Positions 15,031-27,817 of a DNA stretch of 64,000 bases are shown in pieces. A program made the position numbers and the translations under genes. How positions within the stretch are numbered: the first letter of the stretch is position 1; every line of letters begins with the position of its first letter. The notes under the pieces are model-generated. The model searched no databases. It was not told the DNA's origin and worked only from the letters and a program-made list of their open reading frames with translations. The stretch comes from Octopus vulgaris (lineage: Eukaryota): assembly GCA_951406725.2 (NCBI GenBank), contig OX597837.1, positions 4,712,001 through 4,776,000 on the forward strand, given 5' to 3'.

Positions 15031-15304
15031 ATGCCTGCACACACATACAGACACATACACATATATATACATATATATATATTTCAAATTTTGGCACTAG
15101 GCGGAGTGAGTCGGTCGGGTAAATTGACCCCAAGGCTCAACTGGTATTTCTTTTATCGAACACGAAGCAAGAACGAAAGACAAAAACGAGCCAGGCGGAA
15201 TTTGTACACAGAACATTAAAACAGGCATGATGCATATAAGAATGTAAGAATGTAAGTCCGGCGTGTTAACGATTCTGCCAGATCACCGTCGTGAATATAT
15301 ATAT

Positions 15305-15407
<103 letters not shown>

Positions 15408-15837
15408 GTATATATATATATATAAAATACTTTCGTAGGAGTGGCTGTATAGGCACTGGAGCAGCTGTGTAGACGCGGGCGTGGCTGTGTAAGCGCAGGT
15501 GTGACTGTATTTTAAGTACCTGGTTCACCAACCACATGGTTCCCTATTTAGTCCCGCTGCATGCCATCTTGAGCAGTTGTTTTCTGCTATAGTCTGCCCA
15601 ACATCGCTCTCCAACAGTGTTTCGCTCCCCGGTTTTTCTAGCGGTTGGGCAAAAGAGCCGACAGAACAAGTGCTAGGCTTACAAAGAATAAGTCCTGGGG
15701 TCGATTTGCTCGACTAACGTCGGTGCTCCAGCATGGTCAAAGTCTAATGATTGAAACAAATAAAAAAAAAGGAATATATATATACATATACATACACATA
15801 TTTGTACGTGTGTATATATATATATATATATACATGC

Positions 15838-15886
<49 letters not shown>

Positions 15887-15931
15887 CATTTAGGTATATC
15901 GATGTATGCATACATTCATATATATATAGAG

Positions 15932-16010
<79 letters not shown>

Positions 16011-16163
16011 GACATGAATATACACATACACATATATACATAGATATACATATAGATATACATATATACATAGATATACATATAGATATACATATTGTAT
16101 ACACATAGATATGCATATATATATATAAGTATGTATCTTTGCATGTATGTGTGAATGTGTATG

Positions 16164-16212
<49 letters not shown>

Positions 16213-16696
16213 CTATATGTGTATGTGTATGTATGTATGTATGTACGTATTGGCAGAAACATAAATGTTGGTGACAAGCAAAAAAGCAACACATATATCA
16301 CGGCGTGAACACTAACGAGAGCGAGAGTTTAAATGGAGGGAAGACAGAAAAAAAAAAGTTAACGATTCCATCCCAACAAATACGTTGTTAAGAAAATTAA
16401 CCAAAAATAACAGAAATATGATATAAGCGAGTATCTACGTAGGAAAATAAAATTATTTTCAACCTGTGAAGTATCGGCTGAGAATACTTTAAAAATCAAT
16501 GAGAATTGGATAGGAAAATGAATAGTTTGACACTTTGGCTCACGTCTAGTTTATATTTTACATGAAATTTATAATCTTGTTATGCAACAATTTTTCCTCT
16601 TGTCGCAATCAGAATTTATCAGCTAAAACCGTTGGAGTTCTGAAGCTCTTAATGTGAGAAAGCTCTAGTGTACGTTAATATAGGGAATTTGTGAAA

Positions 16697-17323
16697 GGGG
16701 GCGAGCTGGCGGTGAGTACGCCGGGCGAACTGCGTAGTTGTATTTCGTCTGCCGTTATGTTCTGAGTTCAAATTCCGCCGAGGTCGACTTTGCCTTTCAT
16801 CTTTTCGGGGTCGATAAATTAAGTATCAGTTACGCACAGGGGTCGATGTATTCGACTAAATCCGTTTGTCTGTCCTTGTTTGTCCCTTCTATGTTTAGCC
16901 CCTTGTGGGCAATAGAGAAATAAGAAACGTTAGCACACCGGGCGAAATGCGTAGCCGTATTTCGTCTGCCGCTACGTTCTGTGTTCAAATTCCGCAGAGG
17001 TCGACTTTGCCTTTCATCCTTCCGGGGTCGATTAAATAAGTACCAGTTACGCACTGGAGTCGATGTAATCGACTTAATCCGTTTGTCTGTCCTTGTTTGT
17101 CCCCCGCTGCGTTTAGCCCCTTGTGGATAGTAAAGAAATAGGTATTTCGTCTGTCGTTACGTTCCGAGATCAAATTCCGCCGCGATCCAATTTGCCTTTC
17201 ATCCTTTCGGGGCATATAAACTAAGTACCAGTTACGCACTGGGGTCGATGTAATCGACTTTATCCGTTTGTCTGTCCTTGTTTGTTCCCTCTGTGTTTAG
17301 CCCCTTTTGGGTAGTAAAGAAAT
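16697..17323 (+). mobile_element. SINE family B, three head-to-tail units
   Basis: Body repeats three times with junctions near 16923 and 17140. Confidence 0.82.
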
Positions 17324-17671
17324 TAATATAGGGAATTAGTGAGGTGACGAGCTTACAGAATTTTTAACGGTGGGTAAAATACTTAGGGCCATTTCGTCCG
17401 TCTTTCATCCTTTCGCAATTGAAGAAAAAAAACTTAGGATCAGATAAACACCGGGGTTGATGTAATCTACTTTGCTCCTTCCCCAAAACAGCTGGACTTC
17501 TTTCAAAATTTGAAATCAATATATGAAATTTGGTACACTGGAATATAACAGGAAGCCATAATATCGAGCGTGGGTGAATTGATTTTAAAATGTACAAGAG
17601 ATCATAATCTATTCTCTGCAATACAGAGTAACGTGTATATAATGTATATACATACAGGTATGATATAAAGC

Positions 17672-17905
17672 AAGGCGGTGAGCTGGCAGAAACGTTAGCA
17701 CGCCGGGTGCAATGTGTAGCCGTATACCGTCTGCCGTTACGTTCTGAGTTCAAATTCCGCCGAGGTCGACTTTGCTTTTCATCCTTTCGGGGTCGATAAA
17801 TTAAGTACCAGTTACGCACTGGGGTGGATATAATCGACTTAATCCATTTGTCTGTCCTTGTTTGTCCCCTCTGTGTTTAGCCCCTTGTAGGTAGTAGAGC
17901 AATAG
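17672..17905 (+). mobile_element. SINE family B (tRNA-like head, Nin/Deu-like domain), monomer
   Basis: B box GAGTTCAAATTCC; central TTTCATCCTTTCGGGGTCGATAAATTAAGTACC resembles the Nin/Deu SINE domain; other copies at about 1825-2230, 32530-32722, 39404-39634, 50900-51262, 57210-57441 and 58220-58609. Confidence 0.82.
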
Positions 17906-18843
17906 ATATAAAGCAAGTATATGGGCACTAGCTATCTACCTTTGGATTCTTTTTCAAACCTTCTTCGCAAGGGGAAAATCATATTTAGTCCCCCTGCATG
18001 GCATCTTGAGCAGGTGTTTTCTACTATGGCCTGCCCAACATTGCTCTTCAACAGTGTTTGGCTCCCCAACATCACTCAACAACCGATGCTGGCGTGTTTA
18101 CGTCCCCGTTTTTCTAGCGGTTGGGCAAAAGAGCCGACAGAATGAGTACTAGGCTTACAAAGAATAAGTCCTGGGGTCGATTTGCTCGACTAACGGTAAA
18201 GGAAGTCAGGCTGCGTCATATTCATAAAGGACGAGCAGGGCAGGTTTTGAAAATGAAGGGCCTCTCTCTTTCGTGTCCTGTATCACAGAAGTCATAGCAC
18301 GAAAGAAGCTGATCGTATTCTTAGAAAGTAAGTGACCAGCTGACTAACGCTCATGGTATTGATTCAAGAAGAAGCTATCTTTAATATCTCTTGCAGCCCG
18401 AGGACATCATGCTATAACAGCTGTTTAACATTTCAAATGTAGGCGTGATATATCACAAAATCAACTGTGGCGAGTGACAAACTGAAAATAATTGGATATT
18501 TCGAAGAGCGACTGCACGAAAGTTTGACCCTGAATTTATGGAGAATCCCAAAAGGAACTGTCATGGAGTCATTACTGTTTGCTGTCCCTATATTAATATG
18601 GCTCAAATATACAGTTCCTTTCACTAGATATCTCTTATACTCTTTTACTCTTTTACTTGTTTCACTCATTTGAGTGCGGCTATGCTGGAGCACTGCCTTT
18701 AGTCGACCAAATCGACCCCAGGACTTATTCTGTCGGTCTCTTTTGCCGAACCGGTAAGTTACGGGGACGTAAACACACCACCATTGGTTGTCAAGCAATG
18801 TTGGGAGGAAATCACAGACACACAAACGTATACACACACATCC

Positions 18844-18879
<36 letters not shown>

Positions 18880-18914
18880 AAAATCGTTAAGATAACAAAA
18901 GAAAGAAAGAGACC

Positions 18915-18977
18915 AGATAACCGATGAGATGGTGTTGTGGATTTCCACTTCGGCATCTGAAACTCAGAGTTTTTTCT
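18915..18977 (+). ncRNA. Type I hammerhead, U4C variant (same family as 38739)
   Basis: AGATAA CCGATGA GATG..CATC t GAAA CTCAGAG TT TTTTCT; position 7 differs between the two copies (A/T), the position known to be free in hammerhead cores. Confidence 0.6.
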
Positions 18978-19002
18978 TGACTATTGAGTAATTGTAACAT
19001 AT

Positions 19003-19069
<67 letters not shown>

Positions 19070-19492
19070 TACGACGGGCTTTGGTCGACCCGACGCTATA
19101 GTAGAAGACACTTGTCCAAGGTACCATGCAGTGGAAATGAACCCGGAACCATGTGGTTGGTAAGCAAGCTACTTACTGCACAGCCACTCCTGCGCCTGTA
19201 TCGTTTATCTTTTACTTGTTTCAGTTATTAGACTGCGCCCATGCTGGAGCACAGCCTTGCGGAAATTTCACCCGAATAAGTCGATTCCAGTCAAATGAGT
19301 CGACTGTTTTTTTATAAAACCTAGCACTTATTTTATCAATCTGATTTGCCCTACCGCTAAGTTGCGGAGACTAAACATATCAACGCCTTATATGTGTGTC
19401 AATGTGTGTGTATGTGTATGTGTGTATGTATATATATGTGTGTGTGTGTGTGTATGTGTGATTGTGTGTGTGCTCGTGTGTGTTATGTATGT

Positions 19493-19872
19493 GGAAGCAC
19501 TCCGTCGGTTACACGACGAGGGTTCCGGTTGATCCGATCAACGGAACAGCCTGCTCGTGAAATTAACGTGTAAGTGGCTGAGCACTCCACAGACACGTGT
19601 ACCCTTAACGTAGTTCTCGGGGATATTCAGCGTGACACAGAGAGTGACAAGGCCGGCCCTCTGAAATACAGGTACAACAGAAACAGGAAGTAAGATTGAG
19701 AGAAAGTTGTGGTGAAAGAGTACAGCAGGGATCACCACCATCTGCTGCCGGAGCCTCGTGGAGCTTTAGGTGTTTTCGCTCAATAAACATTCACAACGCC
19801 CGGTCTGGGAATCGAAACCGCGATCCTACGACCGCGAGTCCGCTGCCCTAACCACTGGGCTATTGCGCCTCC
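19493..19872 (-). mobile_element. SINE family C (tRNA head), full length
   Basis: A box TAGCCCAGTGG and B box GTTTCGATTCC; relatives at 9125-9420, 31620-31885 and 39010-39235, all on the minus strand. Confidence 0.8.
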
Positions 19873-20370
19873 CCGTGTTATGCATGCACATGTGTATAGT
19901 ACAAACATTGACGTAAAATTTAGTATTCTGCTATAAATGAAAATTTGCAGATTGGTTATTTGGTTCCTTAGTTCGAGGTAAGGCTCATAATCTGGACGCC
20001 AAATTATGAACGTATTAACCAACTAAGAATGCGGAGTAAACAAGAAATTGAAGACGGGATAAACAAGGAAAAAACATGGGCGTCAGTAAAAAAAATATAA
20101 GAGCAAAAAATATAATAACATTAGAAACAAAGTTTTTACCGAGAGGAAGAAATACAAATGAAAATTTTATTATTTTCTTACGTGATGCGTGAAATTGCGG
20201 TGAGTTTTGTATAAATTTCTGTGTATGAGTGTAAGTGTATAAGTAGCTACACACACACACAAGTAAACATACGCACACTCATACACACACAGATACTCAC
20301 ATATACACACATACACATATTCAGAAACACACAAACACACACGCACACACGTATATATATATATACACAC

Positions 20371-20426
<56 letters not shown>

Positions 20427-20446
20427 TTATATACATATACACATAT

Positions 20447-20500
<54 letters not shown>

Positions 20501-20747
20501 TCACAATCAAGGAACGGCCATAATAGGCCATTCACCCACTAGAAATAACAGCCAAAAGCTTTAACCGCAAAATAACATTAATTCCGTAAACCAGGAGAAA
20601 ATTGAAAAACTTTTACCCTGTAATTTCTTAGACGATGCACCGTTTCATCTACCGTTTAATGGTAAGACGATTTGAAAATTTTAGGTCAGATATTGCCGAG
20701 GTAGCAAGAGGAATGCCTCGTGAAAAATATCTGTTCTGACTTGGCTA

Positions 20748-20852
20748 TTTCTTACTGATGAGTCTAAGGGCCTATGGTGGATTGGCTTGATTTAATTTAA
20801 TCAGGTTAGTTTACCATTAAACGGTAGATGAAACGGTGCATCGTCTAAGAAA
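20748..20852 (+). ncRNA. Type I hammerhead ribozyme, canonical core (491-nt repeat, copy 1)
   Basis: Stem I TTTCTTA (20748-54)/TAAGAAA (20846-52); CTGATGA (20755-61); stem II GTCTA/TAGAT closing a long loop; GAAA (20830-33); near-palindromic stem III ACGGTGCATCGT; GUC site with predicted cut after 20845. Confidence 0.88.
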
Positions 20853-21238
20853 TTACAGGGTAAAAGTTTTTCAATTTTCTCCTGGTTTACGGAATTAATG
20901 TTATTTTGCGGTTAAAGCTTTTGGCTGTTATTTCTAGTGGGTGAATGGCCTATTATGGCCGTTCCTTGATTGTGATGTTGAACGTAAAAATGGTTTATGA
21001 CTATTTAATTTTTTCCTACTAGGCCGCTGGTGGCAAAAGAATTCTACAAAATTTTTTTTGCCACCCTATATTGATTAATTATGAATTTTCTGGTTAGTTC
21101 CGTAATGGAATCGGTGGCTTATATTTATTTGCTGCCGATAAATTTGGCGCGAGTGCGACGATTTGAAAATTTTAGGTCAGATATTGCCGAGGTAGCAAGA
21201 GGAATGCCTCGTGAAAAATATCTGTTCCGACTTGGCTA

Positions 21239-21343
21239 TTTCTTACTGATGAGTCTAAGGGCCTATGGTGGATTGGCTTGATTTAATTTAATCAGGTTAG
21301 TTTACCATTAAACGGTAGATGAAACGGTGCATCGTCTAAGAAA
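21239..21343 (+). ncRNA. Type I hammerhead ribozyme, canonical core (491-nt repeat, copy 2)
   Basis: Same motif exactly 491 nt downstream of copy 1; predicted cut after 21336. Confidence 0.88.
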
Positions 21344-21565
21344 TTACAGGGTAAAAGTTTTTCAATTTTCTCCTGGTTTACGGAATTAATGTTATTTTGC
21401 GGTTAAAGCTTTTGGCTGTTATTTCTAGTGGGTGAATGGCCTACTATGGCCGTTCCTTGATTGTGATGTTGAACGTAAAAATGGTTTATGACTATTTAAT
21501 TTTTTCCTACTAGGCCGCTGGTGGCAAAAGAATTCTACAAAATTTTTTTTGCCACCCTATATTGA

Positions 21566-21627
<62 letters not shown>

Positions 21628-22431
21628 TCATAATGAAGAAGTCATACAGGCAAACAGAGACTCACATACACACACACACACACACGTATAGTATAGCTCA
21701 TTCAACGGTGGTACCCCAGCATGGCCGCAACCTTTGGGCTGAAACATTTTTAAGAATTTAAGGATTTATATATATATATATATACCTGTATATATATATA
21801 TATATATACCTGTATATATATATATTTATACCTATATGCATATTATACCTATATTTATACCTATATTTATACCTATTATACCTATATTTATACCTATATT
21901 TATACCTATATGCATAATGAATGCATATATATATATTCCTATATGCACAATGAAGAATGCTCTTCTAAATATTTTCTCTGCGTGGTGAAGGACAAATATT
22001 GCCAAATGCAGTACAAGGCATTGGTTGTCGTGGCTTCCGATCTTAAATAACAGGAAGTATTATCATATTTGTGATTTGTCTTGGTATAAAACATGTGTTA
22101 CAATAAATATTCTGCTTAATACTACAAATTTGCTTGTCAGTTGTTTGACCATAACCAGTCGATCATATCCCTTGGTGGTTGACGATATGTGCACCTCTGC
22201 TCACGAGGAGTAGTCGTGGCGGGGCATCGGAGCTATGTGTTGAGAATAATTCTTTGGGGTTTGAGTAACTCACCTCTGAAAACATAGGGAAACATCCCCA
22301 AGCAACCTATATTCAGAGACCTATTGATAGGGATGGACTACTCGACCTGACGAAAATTCTAACTGGGCTCCACCTCCAAAGTCATGTGCTGTTTATATTG
22401 ATATGAAATCCCATGCAAAATTGATGTCTGA

Positions 22432-22476
22432 CAAAAAGCTACCTTATTGGGCACAGCGCACATCTTAAAGGAACTA
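22432..22476 (+). pseudogene. Tiny remnant of another R4/Dong-like ORF C-terminus
   Basis: Translates QKATLLGTAHILKEL, compared with QKIALLGTAHILRRTL in the 57488 element. Confidence 0.55.
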
Positions 22477-22620
22477 TAATTTGTCTGAGGTCCATGTCAC
22501 TTCACAGATGAGACCTGTACATTCGGGGGTCGATTAATTAAATACCAGTGAAACACTGGGCTCGATGTAATCGATTTGTCATGGGTTAGGTCTCAAGCGT
22601 TTTCGTTTTCGTATTTGGTG

Positions 22621-22691
<71 letters not shown>

Positions 22692-23589
22692 GTGTGTGTG
22701 TATATATATATATATATGTATATATAACTAATGTATCAATGGCCGGCATATCAAAAAATACCTTTAAAGGTTAAATTTATAAATAACTTATAAAATAAGA
22801 GCAAATTCTAATGCCAAATATGCCGAAAAAAGACAAAAATTATCAAAAACCATTATAATTTATGCGTCTCGAAAGATGCCAATAGGAATTTCTAAAAAAT
22901 TCCGTTATTACCGTTTTGGTCCTAATTTTGGGGTTAATTCATAAGAACTTTCCCCTCCTCAGCGATAAATACGTAAGACATAAATGAAATACTTACTCAT
23001 ACCCATGTGTATATATATATACACGTTATATATATATATGTATATATATATATGTGTGTGTGTGTGTATGGGAGGAGCGGTATACATACATGGATATATA
23101 CACACATTTATTTAAGTATGTGCCTACGGGGGTTATAAACGGGCATGCTCGCGCACGATCGCATTGTCGATACTGTTGTTCTCTGACGACATTAATATAT
23201 CACTGATTGCCCATTCGTTGAATGTTAAATGAATGATTAGAATGAAGAAAGAAAATTTAAAAAAACATATCAAATACAAACAAAATAAGCGTTGAAAGAT
23301 GCAACGGGAGAATTGGAAATCATAAAAACAATTAACTCGATATCGCCAACTCGATATCGTTTTTTTAACGATTCAATGAGATATAATAAAATTTGTTGTT
23401 CAGGAAGGCAATTGTTTGAGAATTGTAGTCTCTCTGGTAGTTCTTTAAATCGTTATTGATCCGAGACGACATTTCTGGTAATATCTCTATGCATAGATTA
23501 ATATTATTAGAACTATTATTAGTATCATTTTTGTTATTATCATTATTATCCTTATCATCATAGTTCTTCTTCTTCTTCTTCTTCTTCTT

Positions 23590-23740
<151 letters not shown>

Positions 23741-23785
23741 CTATTATTTTCATCATCATCATCATCATCATCGTCATCATCATCA

Positions 23786-23864
<79 letters not shown>

Positions 23865-23875
23865 CATTATTATTA

Positions 23876-23913
<38 letters not shown>

Positions 23914-24524
23914 GAGCCTTCCTGTTCTTCTGGCAGCAAATTCTGGCTGTGGAGGCGCTCACTAATGCTTTCTGAAAGCATTCTTTCTACATTAATTGTA
24001 AGCAAATGACTGGTCTACAATTGCTACCTGTATTGCTCATGCTTTTGTCATTCATAAAGTGTTATGTTTTTACACCTCTATTCAAGCAACCCTTCAATTT
24101 CTGTTATTACACCACCATTCCGGCAACCCTTAATTTTCTCCCTCCGTCTTCCATGTGAGCTACAGCTTGTTCCTTCAGTCTGCAATGTAATTTTTGTTGT
24201 GGTTATTAAAACTTGCACTTAAAATCAATTTAGAATATATGCGGCACAGGATCTCTCTGATCCTGTGACATTTTCCTCACAATCCCTCTGACGCGCCAGC
24301 TGTTTCGGTGTGGTCAGACAAACACTTCATTCATTCCAAACTGCATATCATGAAATACAATACATACTTCCTCAATTTCCACATAATCCTTTCTTCCTCG
24401 CTTGTACATCTCTCATTTCCTCTGTCTTTCTCTCTCTTTTTGCCTCACGTTCACCCTCTCTTTGATTCTCTGTCTGTCTGTTTTTATGTTTGTATCGATG
24501 TATGTCAGTCTCTTTCTCTCTGTC

Positions 24525-24840
24525 CCTCACTCACTCTTTCTCTCCCTCTCTCCCTCTCTCTCCCTCTCTCACTCTTTCTCTTCCTCCCTCACTCTCTCTC
24601 TCTTCCTCCCTCACTCTTTCTCTTCTTCTATCACTCTTTCTCTTCCGCTTTCACTCTTTCTCTCCCTCTCTCACTCTCTCTCACTCTTTCTCTTCCTCTC
24701 TCACTCTTTCTCTTCCTCTCTCACTCTTTCTCTACCTCTCTCACTCTTTCTCTTCCTCTCTCACTCTTTCTTTACCTCTCTCACTCTTTCTCTCCCTCTC
24801 TCACTCTTTCTCTCCCTCTCTCACTCTTTCTCTCTTCTCT
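24525..24840. repeat. CT-only minisatellite with a period of about 20 bp (TCACTCTTTCTCTTCCTCTC)
   Basis: Unit directly visible roughly 15 times. Confidence 0.85.
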
Positions 24841-25126
24841 CTTTATTTCTCTCCACCTCCGCCTCCCTCATTCTAACTGTTGGCGCGATAACCTTTCGCA
24901 TGATCTCTTCTAACCTTAAGGCAGCGATCCTACAGAACTGTTAGCAGAATGGACACAAATGCTTCGCGACATTTCTTCAGGCTTCAACATTCAGAGTTCA
25001 AATTCGACTGCGATCGACTTTGCCTTTCAGTTTTTCGGAATCGATAAAATACATAGCGATCGAGCACAGGAGTCGATGTAATCGACTAATGCAAAGTTTA
25101 AGGTCATGTGCCTATAATAGAAAGGA

Positions 25127-25791
25127 TTATCAGCCGAGTCTATCGTTAATATCGTCACGCCCCCTTCCTTCAAACGGGAAGGAAGAGCTATTTTTATCAT
25201 ACTTGTGGCTATGGCGAAAGAATGTATCTGGTGGACGCGCCTGAAAGGATTAGAGACAAACACTTTCCTCTCTGGTCAATCTCTCATCAACTTCTTCAAA
25301 TATCACTTGAAGAGGAAAGTGGGAATAGAGAGACAAGTTTTGTCTAATGAATGTTTTAAAAAACGATGGGTGAATGTAACAAGGATGGCACGTATGAATG
25401 ACGAAGCCACCTTGACTATGATTTTATGAACCGTAAAAATTAATGCAGAGAGTTGCTTATTTCTAAAAAAAAAATATATAACATGCGACTTCATTGACCG
25501 AGGTTACCGTGGTCTTTTCTGTAGGCTTTTCTTTCAAGGGTAAACCTCACCTGCTCCCCCCTTTACACTGTATATCGACATGTCTGTGATAACGATCCTT
25601 ATTGATCGATTTTTTCTTTTTCCTTTAATTTTTATCCCCTCTTTTTGTTTTTGCTTTCCTCTTTCTTTCCTTTTACGATCCCTTTTGATCGAAAACCAAA
25701 ACCCCTTTTTTATCCCCAAAAAGAAAAGCTCTACCTTGTAATTTGTCCCGTCTCTGTGCAGCCCTGTGTGGCTAATAAAGAAACATATCTA
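25127..25791 (+). mobile_element. Tx1/L1-type LINE 3' end (ORF2 C-terminus plus 3' UTR)
   Basis: Frame reads IFIILVAMAKECIWWTRLK...KVGIERQVLSNECFKKRW, matching the AK..IW..R and F..RW motifs; stop at 25427-29; pyrimidine-rich UTR ending AATAAAGAAACATATCT. Confidence 0.65.
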
Positions 25792-26168
25792 CACTATTTC
25801 AACTGTTACGGCCTCACTGTCTCTGGTAGTAGACAACCGTTGCTAAATTTTCTGCTTCCAAATGTATAAAGTGCCGTATTCTTACAAAAAAAACCTCGTA
25901 TGTAGTGTCAGGGTCACATTTCTCTAAAAAACTATGACTGAGTGTGTTAAAAGTTTTATAGCCTCTCAATTAAATTAATGATCGTCGCCAGATTGAACCA
26001 CTCCCGTAGGAACCTATTAGCGTTGTTTCGTATTCTCTTCAATCTTGTTAATGACATTCACCGGATTTTAATAGGTTATAACCCACTCCCATAGCCATTC
26101 ATCCATACATGCATATATACATATATATACATACATTACATATATATATGCATATTCATGGATATACG

Positions 26169-26204
<36 letters not shown>

Positions 26205-26547
26205 TGTGGTTGCTTCGGAGCTATTTTTAGCACTAGAGTTATCCACATAGTGGATAACTCTCTAATAATTTATGTATAAATTTGTATTTCCTCCGTAGTT
26301 TTTTGTGCTAAGCCACTTGGTGTTAAATTGACGGTATTATTAAATTAATATCGATTTTTCACCCTCATTTATAATTTTATAAATTTAACTACGCGGCAGT
26401 CAATATTTTATTTGATGCGGCATACGTTTCCAATGGAGTCTAGGCATGCTTTTGGCGCGGAATTTGAGACATAACTAAAAATGTAATTGGTTGGACCGCT
26501 CGTGTTTTTGACGCCCGAATCGATCTAATTAATTGCATTTCTGACAA

Positions 26548-26623
26548 ACTCTACCGAAGATTTATAGATGCAAGTGTAAGTAAAACTACATATTGCATTA
26601 GTAATGAAACAATTGTATAGAGT
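26548..26623 (+). ncRNA. Type I hammerhead ribozyme, U4C core variant (493-nt repeat, copy 1)
   Basis: Stem I ACTCTA/TAGAGT; CCGAAGA (26554-60); stem II TTA..ATGCAA/TTGCAT..TAA; GAAA (26606-09); palindromic stem III ACAATTGT; GUA site with predicted cut after 26617. Confidence 0.75.
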
Positions 26624-27040
26624 CAATCTATTTTATTCGTTGTATTTCACTTTCCTTCAGTTAAATGTGTGTTGATTCTAGTTGGAAACGGATCTTCTGT
26701 GGTTGCTTCGGAGCTATTTTTAGCACTAGAGTTATCCACATAGTGGATAACTCTCTAATAATTTATGTATAAATTTGTATTTCCTCCGTAGTTTTTTGTG
26801 CTAAGCCACTTGGTGTTAAATTGACGGTATTATTAAATTAATATCGATTTTTCACCCTCATTTATAATTTTATAAATTTAACTACGCGGCAGTCAATATT
26901 TTATTTGATGCGGCATACGTTTCCAATGGAGTCTAGGCATGCTTTTGGCGCGGAATTTGAGACATAACTAAAAATGTAATTGGTTGGACCGCTCGTGTTT
27001 TTGACGCCCGAATCGATCTAATTAATTGCATTTCTGACAA

Positions 27041-27116
27041 ACTCTACCGAAGATTTATAGATGCAAGTGTAAGTAAAACTACATATTGCATTAGTAATGA
27101 AACAATTGTATAGAGT
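27041..27116 (+). ncRNA. Type I hammerhead ribozyme, U4C core variant (493-nt repeat, copy 2)
   Basis: Same motif 493 nt downstream; predicted cut after 27110. Confidence 0.75.
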
Positions 27117-27705
27117 CAATCTATTTTATTCGTTGTATTTCACTTTCCTTCAGTTAAATGTGTGTTGATTCTAGTTGGAAACGGATCTTCTGTGGTTGCT
27201 TCGGAGCTATTTTTAGCACTAGAGTTATCCACATAGTGGATAACTCTCTAATAATTTATATATATATATATATATATATATGAATATGTATAACATATAT
27301 ATATATGCATATACATATATATGTATGTATATATATATATATGTATATACATATATATATATATACACATATATTCATGTGAGTGAGTGCTTATATATAT
27401 ATAGACATAGGCATAGATATATATATATACATATATATACACATATCTATATACATATAAATATACATACATATATATATATACCAATAAATCTGTATAT
27501 ATTTATATACATACACATATATATGTATGTATACACACATATATTTTGGTAACACCTATGTATTTACTACGTAACCAAGGGATCTACACACTCATAAATA
27601 CATACACACACACCACACGCACCCATACACACGCACCTAGATATACATTTATATATAAGTATTTAAATACATAGATACATATAATACATGTAGATACACC
27701 TATAC

Positions 27706-27763
<58 letters not shown>

Positions 27764-27784
27764 ATAGATATAATTATATATATA

Positions 27785-27817
<33 letters not shown>

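Larger units (their letters stand above)
20499..21573 (+). mobile_element. Non-coding retrozyme/Penelope-pLTR-like element: inverted 5' piece plus about 1.85 tandem units of 491 nt
   Basis: 20666-21082 recurs at 21157-21573 with about 2 visible differences; 20499-20665 is the reverse complement of 20811-20977; (TA)n on both sides; one hammerhead per unit. Confidence 0.8.
26205..27259 (+). mobile_element. Head-to-tail array of a 493-nt non-coding unit (about 2.1 copies), retrozyme-like
   Basis: TGTGGTTGCTTCGGAGC starts at 26205, 26698 and 27191 (period 493); copies look identical; flanked by (TA)n; 12-bp hairpin AGAGTTATCCAC-ata-GTGGATAACTCT at 26235-26261. Confidence 0.85.

Noticed and set aside
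16697-17323. CRISPR-like regularly spaced repeats
   Set aside because: Whole units of about 200 bp repeat with no unique spacers and no cas genes; eukaryotic SINE multimer.
19790-19872. tRNA-like sequences
   Set aside because: These are SINE heads with A and B boxes running into SINE bodies; no complete cloverleaf or terminator.
21960-22410. Complex, repeat-like non-coding block
   Set aside because: Single copy in the window with no diagnostic termini; left unclassified.
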